Below, in pieces: positions 38,658-47,500 of a DNA stretch of 64,000 nt. Location of the stretch: the NCBI GenBank assembly GCA_041660605.1, contig JBAZWB010000001.1:201295-265294 (forward strand), in the 5' to 3' direction. The position numbers and the translations under genes are program-made. The notes beneath the pieces were generated by a model, which was given only the letters and a program-made list of their open reading frames with translations, ran no database searches and had not been told where the DNA came from. Source of the stretch: Patescibacteria group bacterium (GTDB taxonomy: Bacteria > Patescibacteriota > Patescibacteriia > UBA10025 > JAHIVO01). Numbering within the stretch: the stretch's first letter is position 1; each line of letters begins with the position of its first letter.

Positions 38658-39758
38658 ATGAAAAAGATTCTCAATAAAAAAAGTTTTTTTGCATCATTAG
38701 GCTGCTTAGTGCTGATCGTTACCGCTTTATTTTTATTTATGGCTCCCTCCAAAGCCCAGACTAAGCCGGGAATGATCCTGTATTTTGGCCAGGGATGTCC
38801 CCACTGCGCCGTTGTAGAGCAATATATCCAGGATAATAAACTTGACGATACCTTTTCCATCATTCGCAAAGAAGTATATTCCAATTCGCAAAATGCCCAG
38901 GAACTCACTCAATATTTTATAGAAAATAATGTGCCGTCCGAGCAACAAGGAGTTCCATTTGCCGTAATTAGCGGCCATTATTATGTCGGCGATGGACCAA
39001 TTATTTCCGCTCTGGAGAATCCATCTAATCAGATTACCCGGCCAGTGCCGACCAACACAAACGCAGCGCAGACACCAACGACAACGGAAAAACACCTGAA
39101 CTTTTTAATCGTTACCGGAGCGGCGTTGGTTGACGCGATTAACCCGTGCGAATTCGCTGTCTTGATAATACTTATGGCTACGGTACTGGCTGCCAGCCAT
39201 CGCCGACGCGCCTTACTGTCAGGTCTGTTGTTTTCGTTGGCTGTTTACATTTCATATTTAGCGATGGGGCTAGGTCTTTTTTCGGCTATTGCGGCTGTTG
39301 GCGTGACGTCTTGGATCCAGCGAGTAGCTGGCGGATTAGCCGTCGTACTTGGTCTGTTCAACCTCAAAGACGCCATTTGGTATGGCAAAGGATTTTTATT
39401 GGAAGTGCCTTTCAGTTGGCGACCGCGCATGAAAAGGCTGTTGCAATCCGTGACTAATCCATTCGCCGCGCTGTTGATTGGATTCGTGGTCAGCCTGTTC
39501 CTGCTGCCCTGCACCTCCGGACCGTACATCGTCATCGTTGGCATGCTGGGTAAGGAATCGACGTTCTCCCAGGCCTTGTGGTGGCTTATCTATTACAACC
39601 TCATTTTCATCCTGCCAATGTTAACAATAACTTTTGCTGTATTTTTTGGGTTTAAACCGGAATCCCTTGAGTCCATTCGGCAGAAACGCCTGCGACTGCT
39701 GCACGCTGTAGCGGGCATACTATTATTGGCTTTAGGCATTTACCTGGTCGTCTATTAA
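38658..39758 (+). CDS. Thioredoxin-like domain fused to a CcdA/DsbD-type thiol:disulfide transmembrane electron transporter
   Basis: N-terminal 'GQGCPHCAVVEQY' (CxxC). The TM region has the paired Cys typical of CcdA ('INPCEFAV', 'LLPCTSGPY'). Confidence 0.65.
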   Translation: MKKILNKKSFFASLGCLVLIVTALFLFMAPSKAQTKPGMILYFGQGCPHCAVVEQYIQDNKLDDTFSIIRKEVYSNSQNAQELTQYFIENNVPSEQQGVPFAVISGHYYVGDGPIISALENPSNQITRPVPTNTNAAQTPTTTEKHLNFLIVTGAALVDAINPCEFAVLIILMATVLAASHRRRALLSGLLFSLAVYISYLAMGLGLFSAIAAVGVTSWIQRVAGGLAVVLGLFNLKDAIWYGKGFLLEVPFSWRPRMKRLLQSVTNPFAALLIGFVVSLFLLPCTSGPYIVIVGMLGKESTFSQALWWLIYYNLIFILPMLTITFAVFFGFKPESLESIRQKRLRLLHAVAGILLLALGIYLVVY

Positions 39759-39781
39759 ATAATAATTTAAATAAAAGAATT

Positions 39782-40150
39782 ATGGCTTGTTTCATCGCTC
39801 CGACAACCGCGGCAATTATTGTGACAGTTGCCAGGAAAAAAATTCCGCCTTATTATCACATTAAATGGCTTCTCGCCTTGCTCTGGGGCGGAGTAGCCTG
39901 GCTCATACCGGAACACATCTACCATGGAGAAGTAGTGTTCTATCCGCCTTTCTTTACCGCTGGTCTTCATGGAATAATCCCGGAAGTTCTTCAGGTTGGC
40001 ATTCCTATGACCATTGCCGTGATTATTGTCTGGCTGGTCTTGGTGGCTGCAGCAACTTTTTTCAAGGAAAAAAAATTCCAGCTGCGTTTTGTTCATCTTA
40101 TGGTCGTCGGAGCAGTGATTATGATTTTTGTAGATAAAATATTCGCATAA
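39782..40150 (+). CDS. Small membrane protein (122 aa)
   Basis: Three hydrophobic helices. Confidence 0.3.
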   Translation: MACFIAPTTAAIIVTVARKKIPPYYHIKWLLALLWGGVAWLIPEHIYHGEVVFYPPFFTAGLHGIIPEVLQVGIPMTIAVIIVWLVLVAAATFFKEKKFQLRFVHLMVVGAVIMIFVDKIFA

Positions 40151-40261
40151 TAACCCGCCAATCATATTGGGCAATGTATTTGATACTTATTCTTCCACCG
40201 GACTGGGCATCTAGTCCTTTTATTGATTTTTTTATGAAAGATATCAGCTTAAATAAGCGTA

Positions 40262-40657
40262 TTGATGAGTGAAGTTAAGGCATTAATTCTAATAATTATG
40301 AGGATAAGAAAGTTTCTAATTTTTCCCGCCGTTTTGGCAAGTCTTTTAATACCCGTGGCTGCCCTGGCTTTTGTTGATAACGACTTTAGCCGGCGTGGTA
40401 ATATGATGTCCGGCGGTTTTGACGGGGGGTGGTTGATGATGATATTATTCTGGATTTTATTGATCGGCGCTATTGCCCTGTCGGTAAAATGGATGTACGG
40501 CGCGGGTTCAATGAAAAAAGAGCAAATGGAGAAAAAGATGATTTCAGGCAAGATTTCGGATAAAGCCATGGATATTCTCAGGGAAAGATTTGCCCGTGGC
40601 GAGATAGGCGAGGAAGAATTTGAAAAAAGGAAAAACAAGCTGGCCAGCGGGCAGTAG
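40262..40657 (+). CDS. Membrane protein with a C-terminal SHOCT domain
   Basis: 'ILRERFARGEIGEEEFEKRKNKL' matches the SHOCT consensus. Confidence 0.5.
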   Translation: MMSEVKALILIIMRIRKFLIFPAVLASLLIPVAALAFVDNDFSRRGNMMSGGFDGGWLMMILFWILLIGAIALSVKWMYGAGSMKKEQMEKKMISGKISDKAMDILRERFARGEIGEEEFEKRKNKLASGQ

Positions 40658-40852
40658 GCAAATATATTTTATAAAGTAAAAAATTTACCCATACTTTTAT
40701 AGTGGCGAGTGTTTTTAAATTATTATGAAGAACAGTCAAATAATAAATGAAAGTGACGTTAGCTTTTTAGCTAACTTTCGTATAAAATGAAAGGCAGGCG
40801 CGTATTTTTGCGTAGTAATGGACAACTGGCGTTTTAAAAGCTGTATAAATTT

Positions 40853-41842
40853 ATGAAACAATTGAGAGCAAAAATATTAAATATCAGAGCGATCAGCCCG
40901 ACGGCTGTTGAAATATCCATGGTCAGGGCCAATGGACGGAATTTTTTCGGATTCCTGCCCGGCCAGTACGCGACTCTGAGCTTTCCCGGGCACGACCGGC
41001 TGCGCGGGGAAAGGTCTTTTTCCATTACCAGCGCGCCTGAGGATCTCTCGACCTTGAGATTCGGCATCCGCATCTACGGGAGATATACCAGAGCCCTGCT
41101 AAATCTCCGGCCAGGCGACCCGGCTTTGGTAGCCGGCCCTTTCGGGCAATTCACTTTTGTCCCGGCCCGAGACGAGTCAGCCGTATTTCTCGCCGGCGGC
41201 ATCGGCATCACGCCTTTTCTCAGCATGATCCAGTCAGCTGCCAACCAGCGTTTGCCGAATAAACTTAATCTTTTTTACAGCGTAAAGACGTTGTCTGACG
41301 CTCCATATATCCAGGAACTGCAGGAGCTGGGAAAGATAAATCCTGCTTTACGCACTGTATTTGCGGTGAGCAATGACGAGGTGACCGGTAAGGACGGCAG
41401 TTTTGTGCGCGGGCGGATCAGCCGGGATCTGATCGCGGAAAAACTTGAGGGAGATTATCTCAACCGCACGTATTTCATCTGCGGCCCGCCGCCTTTTATG
41501 AAATCCATGAAAGAAATACTGGGTTCGCTGGGAGTGCCGTCTTTTGAATTAAAAAGCGAGCGCTTCGGCGTCGGTTCGTCCGCTTTTATAGAACGCGGCA
41601 CCCCGGTGCCGAAATATATTTTTGCCGCCTGGGGAGTGACGGCTATGATTCTGCTGGGCGTGGTTATCAGGGTGGAAAGCCTCAGGCGGGCTAATGCCCA
41701 GACCGCTAACACTGTCCCCTCAACACAGGTTAATACCAATGCCAGCCCTTCCATTTCAAACAATCAAAATAGTAACAGTACCAATATCCAGCAGACCTCG
41801 CCCGCGCCGGTCAGGCCTATTCCCCGCACAGCGGTTTCATAA
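40853..41842 (+). CDS. FNR-like FAD/NAD(P)H oxidoreductase with a C-terminal TM helix and an S/N/Q/T-rich tail
   Basis: 'FLPGQYATL', 'RSFSITS' (RxYS), 'GPFGQF', 'LAGGIGITPFLSM' and 'ICGPPPFMKSM'. Confidence 0.75.
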   Translation: MKQLRAKILNIRAISPTAVEISMVRANGRNFFGFLPGQYATLSFPGHDRLRGERSFSITSAPEDLSTLRFGIRIYGRYTRALLNLRPGDPALVAGPFGQFTFVPARDESAVFLAGGIGITPFLSMIQSAANQRLPNKLNLFYSVKTLSDAPYIQELQELGKINPALRTVFAVSNDEVTGKDGSFVRGRISRDLIAEKLEGDYLNRTYFICGPPPFMKSMKEILGSLGVPSFELKSERFGVGSSAFIERGTPVPKYIFAAWGVTAMILLGVVIRVESLRRANAQTANTVPSTQVNTNASPSISNNQNSNSTNIQQTSPAPVRPIPRTAVS

Positions 41843-41859
41843 AAAATTTACTGTCAATT

Positions 41860-42810
41860 ATGCAAGAAAAAATCCAGACTTTTACCGGCAATTTTTTCGC
41901 CTTAAATACCACGATTGAGGGCGGTTTTCGGACTAAACAGGATTTAGCCAAGGATTTGTGGCGGCTGGTCAGCCGGGAGGTTAAAAAATTCGAACAAAGA
42001 TTCAGCCGTTTTCTGCCTGATTCGGAGCTGTCGCGCGTGAACAAAAATGCCGGCAAGAGAGTAAAGGTCAGCCGGGAATTTTTTGATTTGCTCAGAGCCG
42101 CCCAGCGCATCTGGTCGGCCACCAGCGGATTGATCGACCCGACCATCGGCCGCGCGCTGGCAGACGCCGGTTACGACGCCTCATTCGAGCTGCTGGAGAA
42201 AAAAAATCGGGTTAATAGATTGCCAGGCAGCTTCAAAGCTGTTACGCTGGCCGATTTGTCCGTTGATAAATCAGCCAGCACCGTTAAAATGCCGGAAGGC
42301 GTGAGCCTGGATTTCGGCGGCCTGGGAAAAGGCTATCTGCTTGATCAATTAGCCGGGAAGATAGAAAAAAGTACGGAAGATTACTGGTTGTCTCTCGGCG
42401 GCGATCTGATCATCTCCGGCACAGATGAGATGAATCAAGCCTGGCCGGTTAATGTCCAGAATCCGGCCGTGCCTGAACTAGATTTGTTCCAGCTACGGCC
42501 GGTCAGCGGCCGCTGGGGCATAGCCACCTCAGGCACCACGAAAAGACGCGGAGAAAGATCGGGAGTGCCGTGGCATCATATTATTAACCCGCGCACCGGC
42601 CGTCCGGCGGACACAGATTTATGCGCAGTAACGGTTCTGGCCGAGACAGCCCTGGAAGCGGACGCTTTTGCCAAGGTAGTATTGCTGCGCGGATCCCGTG
42701 ACGGCCTGAACTGGGCCAGGCATCAGCACCAGGTGGAGGCCTTAGCCATTACCAATGACGGCAAAGTGAAGGCTACGCAGCGCATGAAATCATATATTAT
42801 ACGTTTATGA
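41860..42810 (+). CDS. apbE: FAD:protein FMN transferase (ApbE)
   Basis: 'SRFLPDSELSRVN', 'IATSGTTKRRGE' and 'HHIINPRTG'. Confidence 0.85.
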   Translation: MQEKIQTFTGNFFALNTTIEGGFRTKQDLAKDLWRLVSREVKKFEQRFSRFLPDSELSRVNKNAGKRVKVSREFFDLLRAAQRIWSATSGLIDPTIGRALADAGYDASFELLEKKNRVNRLPGSFKAVTLADLSVDKSASTVKMPEGVSLDFGGLGKGYLLDQLAGKIEKSTEDYWLSLGGDLIISGTDEMNQAWPVNVQNPAVPELDLFQLRPVSGRWGIATSGTTKRRGERSGVPWHHIINPRTGRPADTDLCAVTVLAETALEADAFAKVVLLRGSRDGLNWARHQHQVEALAITNDGKVKATQRMKSYIIRL

Positions 42811-43580
42811 AATTAAAGATATTATTATTTGCAGGTTTATTGGCTTTGCTCTTGCCTTTGCATGCGCACGCGGCCTCCGTGCTGGCGGAAGAATCAGAGC
42901 GTGATGATTTTGAGCAGGAAGATGTTCAAGCGCCAATTCAGGCTGTTCCCCTGAATACGCAGAATAATGCCGTTAACGCACCCGGCAGTACAGTGAATTC
43001 AAATACCGCACCGGCGCCTGCCATATCCAGTTCCTTTCCCTGGGCTTGGACAGTTACGCGTTCTGCCGGTATCGCCTCATATTTATTACTGGGAATTTTA
43101 ACCATCTCCGGCATTTTATTGAGCACGGGTTTATTTTTCCGTATTTTTGATCCGGCTACCGCCTGGTCGATACATCGGGCGATCGCTTCGGTTCTGCTGG
43201 TGTCCGTTTTGCTTCATGTCGGCGCCCTGCTCTTTGACCATTTTATCGGCCTGCATATTTTGGACGTACTAGTGCCTTTTGTCTCTTCATACCGCCCGGC
43301 GCTGGTGGCTCTGGGCATAGCCGGTTTTTACTTATTATTGTTATTGCTGATCACCTCGCTATACACCATGACTAAGCATCCACGTTTTTGGAGGATTGTG
43401 CATTATTCGGGTTTTATAATGTTTTCTGCGATTTTTGTGCATGGCCTGCTGATCGGCACTGACATGAAGCTTGCCTGGATAAAAGCAATTTACTGGATTA
43501 TGGCTGTTCTGGTCTTGGCCGCCGTTATTTACCGTCTGTGGTGGAGACATCGCGGACCCCAGCTGGATATTGGCAATTAA
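42807..43580 (+). CDS. Ferric-reductase-domain (FRD; NOX/MsrQ-like) di-heme transmembrane protein
   Basis: His pairs in TM helices, 'HVGALLFDHFIGLH' and 'HYSGFIMFSAIFVHG' (H-x13-H); 4-bp overlap with apbE. Confidence 0.5.
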   Translation: MKLKILLFAGLLALLLPLHAHAASVLAEESERDDFEQEDVQAPIQAVPLNTQNNAVNAPGSTVNSNTAPAPAISSSFPWAWTVTRSAGIASYLLLGILTISGILLSTGLFFRIFDPATAWSIHRAIASVLLVSVLLHVGALLFDHFIGLHILDVLVPFVSSYRPALVALGIAGFYLLLLLLITSLYTMTKHPRFWRIVHYSGFIMFSAIFVHGLLIGTDMKLAWIKAIYWIMAVLVLAAVIYRLWWRHRGPQLDIGN

Positions 43581-43722
43581 TTAAAAAAAATATAACCAGC
43601 CGGCAGAAGGCTGTATAGTTTTTTTGTATTTCAAATATCTACCGGCTGCCTTGACAATCCAATCGGTTTGGATTTATAGTGTTTGTTAATGGTACCTTTT
43701 AACGCTTTTTGGAGGATGAAAA

Positions 43723-43965
43723 ATGTGCCATACCGAAGATCCAACCGCCAAAGAGGTGCTGGATAATAATCTTCATCAGATTGAAGAAGCGCTGGGTGAT
43801 GATAACCGTTATTTTGCCAATCAATACTATCAAGAGCATTTTAGTCGCAACACCGAAAATGATACGGAAGTGATTTTATACTACATAAATAACGGCGGAG
43901 CCAAGGGGCATCGTCAGCGTATGGAGGAGAGGTTATCTGCAGAACAACCGCCTACGGGCGAATGA
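43723..43965 (+). CDS. Small hypothetical protein (80 aa)
   Basis: ORF only. Confidence 0.25.
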   Translation: MCHTEDPTAKEVLDNNLHQIEEALGDDNRYFANQYYQEHFSRNTENDTEVILYYINNGGAKGHRQRMEERLSAEQPPTGE

Positions 43966-44106
43966 CGGGGGAGCGAGAATTGAAGCCTGCTCTCCCCTTT
44001 TTTTATTCAAATTTTTTTAATGCCTGAAACTCATCAGCGAAGGGTTGCTTACTTCGGTTATTGGGTTTAAAATTGAGATGATGATTATTAATTAATATGC
44101 AATTTT

Positions 44107-44418
44107 ATGTTTTTCCGGCGACCGTTAAAAGCTACTCCAGCCAAGCATTATACTTATTTAATCGCGGCGACTATCCTGGGTGTTTTTTTAAGTTTGCTGG
44201 CGCATATAATTATTGAAACAAACTATTTGCGCTGGGCGCAGGATGCCGGCCGGAAAATCGTCTGGTACGGTGGCTGCTCGCTGCATCCCCTGATTCAGAT
44301 CGGCCTGCTGGTCGTCGGCGCGGCCGGCGGGTTCTTAATAGGGCGGCTGTGGTGGCGCTGGCTGTATATTGATCATCGGTGGGGGAAAAAGCCGGATAGT
44401 GACGTAAAGGGCAAATAG
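44107..44418 (+). CDS. Small membrane protein (103 aa)
   Basis: Two TM helices. Confidence 0.3.
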   Translation: MFFRRPLKATPAKHYTYLIAATILGVFLSLLAHIIIETNYLRWAQDAGRKIVWYGGCSLHPLIQIGLLVVGAAGGFLIGRLWWRWLYIDHRWGKKPDSDVKGK

Positions 44419-44586
44419 TGAAATTATTTATAATCACCCATCAGACAGCTTTACAAAATATTCAAGCGGCAAGCGAGGGCTTGCCGCAACCCGATTAGAA
44501 AACCAATACAAAAATTATTATGAGAATGTTTGATTTTTGGCAGATTATGAGCTAAAATTCATTTATAATAGGCTAAAATAAATAAC

Positions 44587-47500
44587 ATGAAAAAAACACT
44601 AATAATTGGCGTGGCCGCGGCAGTTGTGATTGCCGGCGGTATTTTTGCGGTGGTCTTCATCAATCAACCGGAGAAAACTCCGGTAAAAAACAACCGGACT
44701 GTGCCGGTTATTTATACCCAGGCAGACAATCAATTCACGCTGAAAGCGGACAAAGCCGATGCCCTGGGCGTGGAATCGGACAGCACTTTTACTCTCTCCA
44801 CCAAAGAGCCGGTGAGCGCAGATTTGATCAAGGGCAACCTGGCAGTTGAGCCGAAAATCGCCTATAAGGTGCAGTCGTCTGACAGCAATACTTTCAGCAT
44901 CACTCCTGAATCCGCGCTGGAAAAAAACACTGTTTATACTTTTTCCGTCGTGGCGCAAGCAGAAGGCGCGGCTACCAAGCGGGAATACCAGTGGGCTTAT
45001 CAGATTAAGGATAATTTTAAAATTACCGGCACCCTGCCCAGGGACAAAACCGCCAACATCCCTCAGAATACCGGGATTGAAATAATTTTTTCCCACGAAA
45101 ATTACACTGACTTTGAGAATTTCATTACTATCACCCCGCAAGTCAGCGGCAGATTTGAACAGCACCGCAAGACTTTAGCCTTCGTCCCGGATAGCCTGGC
45201 ACCCGGCACGCTTTATACTGTTTTGGTGAAGAAAGGCCTGCCTTTGTCCGGTAGCAGCGATACTCTGGCGGAGGACTACAGTTTTCAGTTTGAAACCGAC
45301 ACTCAGCAGGCTCCCCAGGGAGGCCTGTCGTTCAGCAAAGATTTTTTTGAATATCCCTCCAATGAAGCGCCGATCCTGACAATGCAGCAATATAGCGATA
45401 ATCCGGGTGAGGTGCAGGTGGAAGCTTTTAAATATCCAACCTTTGAAGCTTTTGCTGAAGCCGTGAAAAGCCTGGACGCAGTGCCGTATTGGGCTTATTA
45501 TGCCAGGCGCAACAGTTCTTATTCCACTGACGGTTTGATTTCAGCAGTTACCTTCCAGGCTGAGGTAAAGCAGTCGGATTACCAGCGATACATCGAATTT
45601 CCTGAACAGCTGAGCACTGGCCAATATTTAATCCAGATTACCAGGGATAATAATACCGCTCAGGCTTTTCTGCAGGTGGGCAATCTGACGGCCAGCTATC
45701 AGGGCGGCAAAGAAAATTCATTCATCTGGGCGCACAGCCTGGACACCCAGAAACCAGCGTCGGGTACGACTGTTTCCTTTTCGCACGATAGACAGTTCAC
45801 TGCCAAGACAGACAAGGAAGGCCTGGCGGAATTTGCCAGTCCCGCGTTAACTACTGACGAGAGCGAAGGCCTGACCAGCACTTATTATTTCACACTTGAT
45901 AATAACGGCGAAAAATTATTACTGCCGGTGGTAAATCACTATGGCACGTGGATGAGTTCAACTGCGTCAGAAGACTATTGGTCTTATTTATATACGAACC
46001 GGACGTTGTATTCGCCGACGGACAGCATTAAATTCTGGGGCGTTATTAAATCCCGCAGCGATAAACAGGAAGCCCAGGAGCTGCAGGTAAGGTTAGTCAG
46101 CTACGGGTATTATTATAATGAAGATTCAAATCCGATCATTGACCAGAAAACTCTGCCAGTTTCTTCATTTGGCACGTTTACCGGATCATTCGACTATGCC
46201 AACCTGAACCCTGGCGGTTATTCGATACAGGTTTTGGCCGGTGGAGAGGAAATCCTGAGCACCTGGGTGGATGTCGCCACCTACACCAAGCCGCCGTACA
46301 AGATTGAAGTAACGACGGAGAAGAAGGCGATTTTTGAAGGAGAGGATGCGGTCTTCAATATTAAATCAGCGTTTTTTGACGGCACTCCGGTGGCTAATCT
46401 GGACCTGGAATATACCGGCGCGCTCGGCAGCGGACAGGTAAAAACCGACGTTAACGGCCAGGCGCAGGTAACCTTGCAGTCAAGCTACACTAACGCCGGT
46501 TATTATCCGAATTATGCATATTTTTCCATTCATCCGGTCAAATCGGAGATCTCGGAAATAAGCACGGACGCGAACATTTACACTTTTGGGCCGCACTACG
46601 ACCTGCAATCCACCATAGACAATGACGGGCTGGTGTCCGGCAGCGTGCATCAGGTTGACCTGGCTTCCATCAATAAGGAAGGCGGAGACTTCAAATGGGA
46701 ATATCAGGGCGATCCGGTAGCCAATTTGAATCTGGGAATAAAAATTTACCGCGAGTATTACACCAAAACAGAAACCGGAACTTTTTATGATTTTATCAAT
46801 AAGAAAACCAATAAGACCTATAACTACGATTTCCATTCTGATTTTACCAAGGAGTCCACGGCTGTCAGTGATAAGGATGGCAAGTTCACTTACGATTTTA
46901 AAGCGGAGACTAATGATAACTATAAAATTGAAATTACCGCTACGGACGCTGAGGGGCGCCAGGCGAAGAGTTACGCGTATTATTACCAGGGACCGCGATT
47001 CTACGGCTATAATTCGGGGTATGATAATTATTATCTTATAACTTCGCAGGTAGCGGAGACGGAGAACCAGCCCGTGTATCAGCCGGGGCAGGATATTACC
47101 CTGAATTTCAACAAAAACGAAGAGCTTCTCGCCGGTGCAGACCAGAAAAATTTCGTTTATTTCAAGGCGCAGAAAAATTTCTTCGACATAGAAGTTTCCA
47201 AAAATCCGACAATAGAATTCAAATATAAGGATTCCTACGCGCCAAATATTTACGCCTATGGAATTTATTTTGACGGCCGCAGCTATCACCTGACCGATTC
47301 CCTGAACATGAAATACGACACCAGCCTGAAGAAATTAAATATTGACATTCAGCAGGATAAAAAGTTCTACCGTCCGGGCGAAAAGGTGACCATGAATTTA
47401 AATGTGACTGATAAAGATAAAAGACCAGTGCGGGCGGAAGTCAACATTTCCGCCATTGATGAAGCTTTGGCCGCCATTCAATGGGAAAATCCCATCAACA

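Noticed and set aside
46480-47289. 269-aa minus-strand ORF, and other antisense ORFs inside the 44587..49845 gene
   Set aside because: They lie fully within a long, motif-supported plus-strand gene. They are Ile/Phe-rich, typical of antisense reading of an AT-rich frame.
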